Shown in pieces: positions 1-8,483 of a stretch of 37,119 bases of DNA. The notes beneath the pieces were generated by a model. That model had not been told where the DNA came from. It did not search any database and saw nothing but the letters and a program-made list of their open reading frames with translations. Source of the DNA: an uncultured Jatrophihabitans sp. (GTDB taxonomy: Bacteria > Actinomycetota > Actinomycetes > Mycobacteriales > Jatrophihabitantaceae). The stretch spans positions 1,788 through 38,906 of the forward strand of contig CAXUNA010000004.1 in assembly GCA_964252095.1 (NCBI GenBank), given 5' to 3'. The position numbers and the translations under genes were made by a program. Every line of letters starts with the position of its first letter. Positions within the stretch are counted from its first letter, which is position 1.

Positions 1-1
1 G

Positions 2-484
2 TGCCCCCCGCCTTTCCCCTGGGTGGGGGGGGGGGGGGGGCTCCCCGCCCGCGCGGAGATCCCCGGGCTGCCCGTGCTGGTCCTGTCGCAGTACGTCGAG
101 CCGCTGTACGCCCGCGAGTTGCTGGCCGACGGTTCCGGCGGCGTGGGCTACCTGCTCAAGCACCGGGTCTTCGACCTGACGCAGTTCATCGGCGCGGTGC
201 GGCAGGTGGCGCACGGCGGCACCGCGATGGATCCCGAGGTGGTCGCCCAGCTGCTGTCCCGGCACGGCGCGGACCGGCCGATCGCCACCCTGACCCCCCG
301 CGAGCGGGAGGTGGTGGCGTTGATGGCCGAGGGCCGTTCGAACGCCGCGATCGCCGGCGCCCTGCACGTCACCGAGAAGGCGATCAGCAAGCACACCAAC
401 TCGATCTTCGGTCGGCTCGGCCTCGCTCAGTCCGAGGACGACAACCGCCGGGTCCTCGCCGTGCTGGCGTACCTGCGGGCCTGA
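2..484 (+). CDS. LuxR/NarL-family response regulator, 5'-truncated at window edge
   Basis: Frame of ORF 23..484. End of receiver domain (PVLVLSQYVEP, GYLLKHRV) followed by a LuxR HTH (TPREREVVALMAEGRSNAAIAGALHVTEKAISKHTNSIFGRLG). Stop TGA at 482-484. The first ~40 nt contain an abnormal G16 tract. Confidence 0.85.
   Translation, partial: CPPPFPWVGGGGGLPARAEIPGLPVLVLSQYVEPLYARELLADGSGGVGYLLKHRVFDLTQFIGAVRQVAHGGTAMDPEVVAQLLSRHGADRPIATLTPREREVVALMAEGRSNAAIAGALHVTEKAISKHTNSIFGRLGLAQSEDDNRRVLAVLAYLRA
25..40. repeat. G16 homopolymer (G3-T-G16 from position 21) inside the response-regulator reading frame
   Basis: Counted directly: positions 25-40 are all G. Translates as GGGGG where a receiver-domain helix is expected. 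Confidence 0.9.
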
Positions 485-495
485 CCGACGCCGCT

Positions 496-523
496 CGGGC
501 CCGACCGTCGCCGGCCGGGCCCG
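496..523. terminator. GC hairpin between convergent genes (possible bidirectional terminator)
   Basis: CGGGCCCG (496-503) and CGGGCCCG (516-523) are self-complementary 8-mers separated by a 12-nt loop, in the 49-nt spacer between the RR stop and the MmpL stop. No U-tract. Confidence 0.25.
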
Positions 524-533
524 TGCGTGGCGA

Positions 534-2735
534 TCAGGCGCCGGTGCCGACCAGTTCGCGGGGTGCCGGACCCACCGCGGGCGGCGGATTCCCCCGTCCC
601 GGCCAGCGGATCCGGTCCCCGAGCAGCACGAGCAGGGACGGCAGCACCACCGCACGGACCAGGACCGCGTCCACGAGCACCGCGGCGGCGAGGCCCACAC
701 CGAGCTGCTTCATCTCGAGCAGGTGCAGCGAGGCGAAGATCGCGAACACCGACACCATGACGACGGCGGCCGCGGTGACCGTCCCGGCGGACCGCCCCAC
801 GCCGACCCGCACCGCCTCGCGCACCGACAACCCCCGCGCGGTCGCCTCGCGGATGCTGTTGACGACGAAGACGTGGTAGTCCATCGACAACCCGAACAGC
901 ACCGTGAAGGTGAACAGCGGGATCCAGTTGATCAGCCGACCGCTGGACTCGTAGCCGAGCAGGCCGTCGGCCCAGTGGTGCTGGAACACCAGGGTCAGCA
1001 TCCCGAACGCCGCACCGGCCGAGAGCAGGTTCATCCCGGCCGTGCAGAGCGCCAGCAGCACCGACCTGAACACGAACGCCGTGAAGAACACCGTCAACGT
1101 CACCACCACGGCGATCACCCACGGCAGCCGACTGCTCAGCTGGTGGTTGGCGTCGACGTCGGCCGCGGTCTCGCCACCGACCGCGAACCGGGCGCCGGCG
1201 ACACCGTCCACCGCGGCGGGTAGGAGGGTCGTGCGCAGCTCGGAGACACCGCCGCGCGCTGCTGCGGATTCCGCATCGGACGGCATCACGAGCTGCAGGT
1301 ACTGCGTGGCGCCGTCCGGTGACGCCGTCAGCACCGGTGGGCCGTCTACGACGAAGTGACCGTCCCTGCGGACCCGGTCGGCGAGCGCGAGCAGGGCGCG
1401 GTGCACCTCGGGCCCGGTGTCGGCCGACGAGCGCACGACCACGTCGGCGGTGGAGTTGGTCTCGGGGAACGCGGTGGTCAGCCGGTCGAGCGTGTGTTTC
1501 GCGGGCAGCGAGTTCGGCAGCGACTCCACGCTGCCGGACATCAGCTGCATCCCCCACGCCGGCAACGCGAGCAGGACGAGGACGCCGGCCGAGACCAGGA
1601 AGGTCCGACCCGGGTGGTCGAGCGAGGGCCGCAGCACCCGCGACCACGTCCTGGACCCGCCGCCGTCGCGCGCGGTCAGCCGCCACAGCAACGGCACCCG
1701 CGGCCGGTCGATCGTGCGACCGAGACCGACCAGCAGGGCCGGCAGCACCGTCAGCGACCCGAGTACGGCGACCGCGACGACGATGACCGACCCGGTGGCG
1801 AGCGACGCGAAGACGATGTTGCCGCTGACGTACAGGCCGAGCATCGCGATCACCACGGCCACGCCCGAGACCAGCACGCTGTGCCCCGAGGTCTCCGCGG
1901 CGATCTCGACCGCGTCCAGCGTGCTGCGCCCGGCCCGTCGTTCGGCCCGGGCCCGCTTGACGTAGAACAACGAGTAGTCGACGCCCACGGCCATGCCCAT
2001 GAGCAGGATGACGCTCGACGTCGAGCCGGAGTCCGGGACGACGTGCGAGGCCAGGGCGGACAACCCGGTCGCGGCACCGACCGCCGAGAGCGCGAGCAGC
2101 ACCGGCACGCCGGCCGCCACGATCGCGCCGAACACGACCAGCAGGATCACCACCGTCACCGGCAGGCTGATCCCCGCCGCCGAGCTCAGGTCGTCGGCCA
2201 CCAGGTCGTCGACGGCGGCGTTCACCGAGGCCGAGCCGGCTTCCTCGATCCGCAGCGTCGGGTTCGCGCGCTGCACGGCCGCCGTTGCATCCAGCAACGG
2301 TCGCACGACCACGTCCGCATCGTCCGCGCGTTGCCGCAGGACGATCTGCACGGTGACGGCCGTCCGGTCCGGGGACGTGATGGGAGCCGATACCCGCGCG
2401 ACCTGCGGCAGCGGCGTCATCCGCGCCGCCACCTGCGCCGCCGCCGTCGCGGCCGCCGCCGGGCCGAGGGCACCGTCCCGCGCGGTGATCAGCACGTTCT
2501 CGGTGGCCGGTGCGGTGAGGTGGGCGTCGTGCAGCCAGCGCATCGCCTGCCCGGACTGGCCCGTGGAGGTGTCGAGTTCGGTGGCCTCCTGCAGGCCGGC
2601 GAGTTGGCCGGCGAGCACGCAACCGGCGACGAACACCAGCCACAGGGCGATGGCACGCCACCGGTGGGTGGCGCTCCACCGGGCGAGGCGGACGGCGACG
2701 GCGCGGCGGGCGGCCGAGGGAGGTTCGGGGTTCAC
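534..2735 (-). CDS. MMPL/RND-superfamily membrane transporter (MmpL-like)
   Basis: Frame of ORF 534..3002. Two blocks of multiple TM helices separated by soluble loops, typical MMPL architecture (GVDYSLFYVKRARAE, GLSMDYHVFVVNSIREA). Start chosen at GTG 2735, preceded by AGGAG (CCGTCAGGAGCAGAC GTG); the upstream part of the ORF is Arg/Ser-rich and non-protein-like. Confidence 0.85.
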   Translation of the reverse strand: MNPEPPSAARRAVAVRLARWSATHRWRAIALWLVFVAGCVLAGQLAGLQEATELDTSTGQSGQAMRWLHDAHLTAPATENVLITARDGALGPAAAATAAAQVAARMTPLPQVARVSAPITSPDRTAVTVQIVLRQRADDADVVVRPLLDATAAVQRANPTLRIEEAGSASVNAAVDDLVADDLSSAAGISLPVTVVILLVVFGAIVAAGVPVLLALSAVGAATGLSALASHVVPDSGSTSSVILLMGMAVGVDYSLFYVKRARAERRAGRSTLDAVEIAAETSGHSVLVSGVAVVIAMLGLYVSGNIVFASLATGSVIVVAVAVLGSLTVLPALLVGLGRTIDRPRVPLLWRLTARDGGGSRTWSRVLRPSLDHPGRTFLVSAGVLVLLALPAWGMQLMSGSVESLPNSLPAKHTLDRLTTAFPETNSTADVVVRSSADTGPEVHRALLALADRVRRDGHFVVDGPPVLTASPDGATQYLQLVMPSDAESAAARGGVSELRTTLLPAAVDGVAGARFAVGGETAADVDANHQLSSRLPWVIAVVVTLTVFFTAFVFRSVLLALCTAGMNLLSAGAAFGMLTLVFQHHWADGLLGYESSGRLINWIPLFTFTVLFGLSMDYHVFVVNSIREATARGLSVREAVRVGVGRSAGTVTAAAVVMVSVFAIFASLHLLEMKQLGVGLAAAVLVDAVLVRAVVLPSLLVLLGDRIRWPGRGNPPPAVGPAPRELVGTGA

Positions 2736-2868
2736 GTCTGCTCCTGACGGGTCGGGGTGACGTGTCGAGCCTCGCGGCGCCCGGGCGACGGCACAGGAGA
2801 GTTGCGTCGCCGACGAGGGTGGACTTTCCTCCACCCCGCCGCCCCTCGCCGTCCGCCACGATGGGCGG

Positions 2869-4002
2869 GTGAGTGTCGACCTCGTGCGCCGTGTGCGCCT
2901 GCTGGCGTGGGCGGGAGCCGCGCTGGCGCTGTCCGCGGTGAGCACGGTGCTCGCGGTGCTGACCCTGACCGCGATCCCGCTGTTCGGGGTGTGGATCGGC
3001 ATCCCGCTGCTGCTCGGGACGGTCTGGGTGACGCGCCGGGTCCTCGGGCTGCACCGTCGGGTCTACGCGGCGCTGTTCGGGTACCGGCTGCCCGCGCCCT
3101 ACCTCGTGCCGGACCGCCCCGGCGTGGTGCCCCTGCTGCGCACGACCCTGCGTGACCCCGCCACCTGGCGCGACCTCGGTTGGCTGCTGCTGGACTCCAC
3201 CGTCGGGTTGACCCTGGCGATCCTCGGCGTGGTCGAGGGAATTCTCGATCTGCTCCTGTGGTTCCTGCCCGCCGGCCTCTCCTTGCGGCTGGCCGCCTGG
3301 CTCGCGGCGCTGCTGCTCGGGCCGACGGAGGCCAGTCGGCTCGCGGTCCGCGTGGGTCAGCTCGGACGGTCCCGCACGGAGACCGTCGACACCCAGGCGG
3401 CGGAACTGCGCCGGATCGAACGCGACCTGCACGACGGCGCCCAGGCCCGGCTCATCTCCGTGGGGTTGAACCTGGCCCTGGCCGAGGCGCAGTTCGACAC
3501 CGACCCCGCGACCGCCCGGGCCCTGATGATCGAGGCGCGGACGGCGAGCGTCACCGCCCTCACGGAGCTCAGCAACCTGGTGCGCGGCATCCACCCACCG
3601 GTGCTCGCCGACCGCGGTCTGGCCGGGGCGGTCGAGGCGCTCGCCGTCACCCTGCCGCGCGGAGTCGAGGCGACCGTCGAGGTGACGGCACGCTTCCCGG
3701 CGGCGGTCGAGTCGGCGGCCTACTTCGCCGCCTCGGAAGTACTGACCAACGCGGTCAAACACAGCGGCGCACAACGGATCGGCGTGCGGGTGGCGTACGA
3801 GCAGGGCCACCTGCGGATCGTGGTGGACGACGACGGCCACGGGGGCGCCGACGCCGACCGTGGCAGCGGACTGCACGGTGTCCAGCGCCGGCTCGGCGCG
3901 TTCGACGGCTCGCTCACGGTCGACAGCCCACCCGGCGGACCGACCCGGGTGACGATGACGTTGCCGTGTGCAGCGGTTTCGCCGGGAGCAGTCGCGCTCT
4001 GA
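2869..4002 (+). CDS. Sensor histidine kinase, HisKA_3/NarL-partner type, multi-TM N-terminal sensor
   Basis: H-box ELRRIERDLHDGAQARLISVG, HPPVLADRGL, and HATPase region (EVLTNAVKHSGA, DDDGHGGAD, GSGLHGVQRR). N-terminus has several TM helices. No response regulator follows it. Confidence 0.9.
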   Translation: MSVDLVRRVRLLAWAGAALALSAVSTVLAVLTLTAIPLFGVWIGIPLLLGTVWVTRRVLGLHRRVYAALFGYRLPAPYLVPDRPGVVPLLRTTLRDPATWRDLGWLLLDSTVGLTLAILGVVEGILDLLLWFLPAGLSLRLAAWLAALLLGPTEASRLAVRVGQLGRSRTETVDTQAAELRRIERDLHDGAQARLISVGLNLALAEAQFDTDPATARALMIEARTASVTALTELSNLVRGIHPPVLADRGLAGAVEALAVTLPRGVEATVEVTARFPAAVESAAYFAASEVLTNAVKHSGAQRIGVRVAYEQGHLRIVVDDDGHGGADADRGSGLHGVQRRLGAFDGSLTVDSPPGGPTRVTMTLPCAAVSPGAVAL

Positions 4003-4314
4003 CCGGGGGTGACCGCGTCCGCGGCCGAGGTGGTGGCGTCACCGCGTCGTGCCGAGCGGAACCGTCGTGGAGCAACCGGGTCGGGTGACGCGGGCTGACG
4101 GCGTGCCTCGCAGCGAGCGGGCGGCGGCCCGGGCGAGCAGGTCGGTGTGCCGCCAGTGGGTGGTGGCCCGGCCGTGGTGCGGCGCGGCCGGAACGAGCGG
4201 CGACCGGACAGGATGACGACGCACACCACCGCACACGACAGGGCCGCAGCCGTCACGAACCGGGGTTCGAGGTCGTTTCCGGAACGGTGGTGACGTCCGG
4301 TCGGCCCTGCGATG

Positions 4315-7300
4315 TCAGGTCGGGACGGCCCACCGACGGGTGGCGTAGCGCGCATCGCAACTGACGAGCGACACCGGGGTGTGCGGTGTGGTCGTCGCCG
4401 GCAGGGCACCGAGGCACAGACTCGAGGCCGGTTGCAGGAGTGTGCCGTCGGCACGCTGCGTCCACCGTTGCCCCTTGGAGCCGTCGCACCCGGCCAGGGC
4501 GACGCCGCCGCCCTTGACCGCGGCGAGGGGTTGCAGGCACCGGCCGGCCGAGGCCAACGACCCGTCCGCGGTGACCACCCACTGCTGGTGGCTCGTGGTG
4601 GTGCAGGCGGCGAGGACCGCGCCGTCGTCCGCCGTCGTCGTCAGGCACGGTCCGGTCGCCGACGTGATCGTCCCGTGGGGCGCGGGCCGGGTGATGACCA
4701 CGTCCCGCACGGTGTGGACGTCGGTCGACCCCCCGGTGCCCGCCGTGAACGCCAGGTAGGCGCGCGGTGGCACGGTCACCGAACCGGTCAGGCTGGTCCG
4801 GCCGTCGACCAGAACGGTGAGCGCGCCCGCGGCGACCGAGACGTCGACGGTGTGGGTGCCCTGCGTGAGCGGCGTCGGCAGGTTGCGTTGGGCGACGTAG
4901 GTGACCTGGTCGGTCGCGGTGTCCGAGCCGGAGCGGCCGATGCCGACGAAGTTCGCCGACACGTCACCGCCGTTCTGGTACGTGTCGAGCGTGACGGCCA
5001 CGCCGTCGAGTCCCGCGAAGCCCAGCGATCCCCCCGTGTTGCCCAACGAGGTCGGCGACGAGGACCCCGCGTCGAGCAGGGCGAACGCCAGGCCGTCGGC
5101 CCCGCTGCCGCCGCTGATCTGCGCCGTGAACGTGACGTGCAGCTTGCTGGTGTTCCACGCGATCGGCGAGACCGCGGAGCCCGCGGCGTTGCCGACCGCG
5201 GGGGTCAGCACCGTGTCGCCGCGGCTCTGCGCCGCGACGCCGTTGAACGTCCAGCCACCTGCGGCCGGCCCCGGCACGGGCAGCGGCGGCCGCGTGGCGG
5301 TGCCGGTCACGGTGACGGTCTGCGCGCCCTGGCCGTCGTCGGAGGTGATGATGTAGCCACCGCTGAAGCTCCCGAGGCTCGTCGGGGTGAAGGCGACCAC
5401 CTGGGTGATCGAGTCACCGGGGGCGAGTTGTTGGCCTTCGGACACGGGGTCGGCGGTGATGAACGGCGCGGCCGGCGGTGCGGCCTTGGAGATCGTCAGC
5501 GTCAGGTTGCCGGTGTTCCTCAGGGTGAACGACTTGCTCCGCGAGGACCCGATCGCGACCTGGCCGAAGGCCAGCGAGGTCGGCGCGATGGTGAGGTGCG
5601 AGGCGCCCGAGACGCCGGTGCCGCTCAGCGGGACGGTCACGGAACCCTGGTCCGACGCGACCGTGAACGAGCTGCTCGCGTCGCCGGTGTGCTGCGGCGC
5701 GAAGGTGACCGGCACGGACACCGAGGCACCCGGCGCCAGCACCGTCCCCGCGGCGGGCAGGCCGGTGGAGGCGAAGTCACCGCCGGCAGCGGTCGCGCCG
5801 GTGATCGTCTCGGCGACGTTGCCGGTGTTGGCGATCCGCGCGTTGAGCGTCGCCCGGCCGCCGACCGGGACGTCGCCGAACGCGAGGCTCGCCGGTGACG
5901 CGCCGAGGCCCGGTTGCACGCCGGACCCGTGCAGGTCGAAGGCGAACTCACCCTGCTTGGTCGTGAACGTGAGGGCCGTGGACGCGGCACCCGGCGCGTT
6001 CGGGGAGAACGTCACCGGAACGGCGAGCTGTTGCCCCGTGACGAGCTTGACCGGCAGGGTCGGTGGCGTCGCACCGAACGGGGCGGACGTGGTGATCGCC
6101 GTGACGGTCACCGAGGTCGTGGCGGTGACGGTCGCCGTCGCGTGCCCGGTCGTTCCCACCGGCACCGCACCGAAGTCGGTGGACGTCCCGGTGACGGCAC
6201 CGGCGGAAGGTCGGCCGAAGCCGAAGAGCTTGCCGTCGCGGCTGCCCACGTAGACCCGACCCCCGGAGGTCGCCGCGACCTGGAACTTCGACGCGTTGCC
6301 GATCGGTGCGCTGAAGCGCAAGCGCAGCACGCCGTCGGTCGGCACGGCGTCGTAGGCGCGCAGCTGCCCGCCCGCGCCGTTCGACCCGGTGGAGTAGACC
6401 GACCACACCAGGGCGGAACCCGCGTCGGTGCCGACCGAGGTGACGACCGGCGAGCCGGAGGTGTAGCCCCACGTCGCCGCCGAGGTGCCGACGGAGGTCA
6501 ACGCGGGTCGGCCGTCTCCCGTCGCGCCCACGGCGAACGCCCGGAGCGGCCCGCCGTTCTCGACGGTGTAGACGTAGCCCGTGTCGCCACCCCAGAAGGC
6601 CGGGTGGCCCCACACCCCGTTGAAGGGTCCGGCCGTCTGCAGGACGTCGTCGGCGCCGCCCGGTCCCTGTCCCGTCCCGCCGAGGTGGTCGCGGTCGAGG
6701 AGGAAGACCCGGCCGTCCTTCCCGACCTCGACGAGCAGGTGCGGGTGCGCGGTGGTCCCGTAGCCGTCGGGGATCGCGAGCGGTCCACCCGAACCGAAGT
6801 CGGTGTCGTCACGGTCGAGGTTGGTGTTGTCCGTCGGGCTGAAGAAGTCCGCCGCCAACAGGTTGCCGTCGGCTCCGACCTGCAGCCGGATGACGGATTC
6901 GGCGAGGGTCGACGGCGGCGACGAACCCGGTCCCGGCGCGGGTGAGACGCCGTTGCCGGTCGCCACGATGATCCGCCCGTCGCCGTCGGACACCAGACCT
7001 CCGCCCGACTGCCAGATCCCGGCCAGGGCGTTCGACGACCCGGCCTCGGTCGACCACATCGTGGTCAGGCCGCCGTGCGCCGCGTCGACCCCGACGATGT
7101 AACCCACGTACGGGCCGTAGTCGCAGTGGCTCGCGAAACCCGCGTAGACCACGCCGTTCAGCAGCAACAGGCCTGGTCGCTGCATGGCGGTGAACGGGTT
7201 GAACGGGTTGGCCGGATCGTTGCTGGGTGCACCGGTGATGGTGGTCGGGAAACCCGCGCGCTCGACGCCGGTGGTGATGTCGACCGCGTGCATGTACCAG

Positions 7301-7801
7301 TGCGGGTGTTGCTGGTCCGGGCCGTCGTCGACCTTGGCCGTGAAGTACGCGGTGCGCGTGGAGGCGTCGTACACCGGGGTAGCCGTGACACCGACGTTCG
7401 GGACCAGGTCACCGCAGCCGATCGCGCCGGCGGGCCAGGCCGGGCCGACGTTGCGGGTCCACCGCACGGCGCCGCTCACCGGGTCCAGCCCGTACACCTC
7501 GTCGTTCTCGGTCGCGGCGAGCAGCGTGCCGGCGGCGACGATAGGCTGGGCGTAGATCTGACCGTCGAGGGGGGTGGCGAACAACCGCCCGAAGTCGGGC
7601 CCCGGCCACCGTGGCGGGCGACAGGTTCGGTTCCGCGCGGTCCCACCCGGTGCGCAACGCGTCCTGCGAGACCGTCGTGACATCGGCGCGGGCCGTGCCC
7701 GCACGGACGAAGCCACCGGACAGGAGTGCGGCGGCGGTCGCGGCGACCGCCACGAACGCGGCCAGCCGGCGGGGGTGGGACGGGCGGAAGGCCTCGGTCA
7801 T
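4315..7801 (-). CDS. Large secreted multidomain protein (signal peptide, PQQ-like beta-propeller, 3 Ig-like 'choice-of-anchor' type repeats, L-type lectin-like domain, ricin-B lectin); reading frame broken by a 1-nt indel near 7596-7606 (possible pseudogene or sequence error)
   Basis: ATG 7801 gives MTEAFRPSHPRRLAAFVAVAATAAALLSGGFVRAGTARA (signal peptide), then ...NLSPATVAG. The continuation DFGRLFATPLDGQIYAQP... is in the frame of ORF 4315..7716. C-terminus has QxW repeats (HQQWVV, GQRWTQ, TRRWAV). Lectin-like block: ADGLAFALLD...GGSLGFAGLDGVAVTLDTYQN. Confidence 0.8.
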
Positions 7802-8149
7802 GGCAACACCTGTCGTGGAGGAGCGGCAGAGCCGGTTCGCAGGACGTGCGGGTGGACGCCGCGCTCGGAGCGCCCGGCGAGACATCCCACACCCGCTGCT
7901 GAGCGGGGATTCGTGGATCGGCGGCGATCCTGCCACAGGATCGGCCCCGTGACCCCGGTCCGACCCCGATGGCGGGATTCGGGTCTCGCGACCGCCGCCG
8001 ACTCCGGGCTGCCTCACGGTGTCCGGGGCTCCGGCCGGACTCCCCTGCGCGTCGGCGCAGGCGGCGCGCGACGGGTGACGCGAGGTCGGCGAGACGTGAT
8101 CGATGCCCTGGGCAACGTTCTCGCGGTCACGACGACCGCCACGTGCGGG

Positions 8150-8341
8150 TCAGGCCACCGCTGAGGGGATCCGGTTCCGGTGCCGTGTGGTCCCGACCCG
8201 CGCCAGCAGTACCTCGTTGAGTTCGTCGACGCCGGCGGGGAGAAGTGCCTCCAGCGTGGCGGCTTCGGCGGCGTCGAACGGTGGCGGCCAGACCTGCCCG
8301 GCGACCGGCAGCGACGGCTCAGGCAGGCTTCGCATGCTCAC
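8150..8341 (-). CDS. Hypothetical small protein (63 aa), weak call
   Basis: ORF with mostly G/C third positions between ndh and the large secreted gene. No recognisable motif and no clear RBS. Confidence 0.25.
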   Translation of the reverse strand: MSMRSLPEPSLPVAGQVWPPPFDAAEAATLEALLPAGVDELNEVLLARVGTTRHRNRIPSAVA

Positions 8342-8483
8342 CGGTCCAGCGTGTCAGCTCGCTTCCCGGGACAGCAACCGGGAATGTGAAGACGACGTAG
8401 GCCGCGGCGGGCAGCCCCACTGAAACGGTGTGTCGCCGGGATCGCCCACGGCACCGGTCAGGATGGGCCGGCAGTCGTCGCGG

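Noticed and set aside
4262-4280. GGGGTTCGAGGTC resembling a tRNA T-arm (GGTTCGA)
   Set aside because: The flanking bases do not form a T-stem, and no acceptor or anticodon arms can be drawn around it. No tRNA is supported anywhere in the window.
7590-7610. Programmed ribosomal frameshift in the secreted propeller/lectin gene
   Set aside because: There is no canonical slippery heptamer and no obvious downstream stimulatory structure. The shift lies in a short G/C homopolymer run where indel errors or mutations are common.
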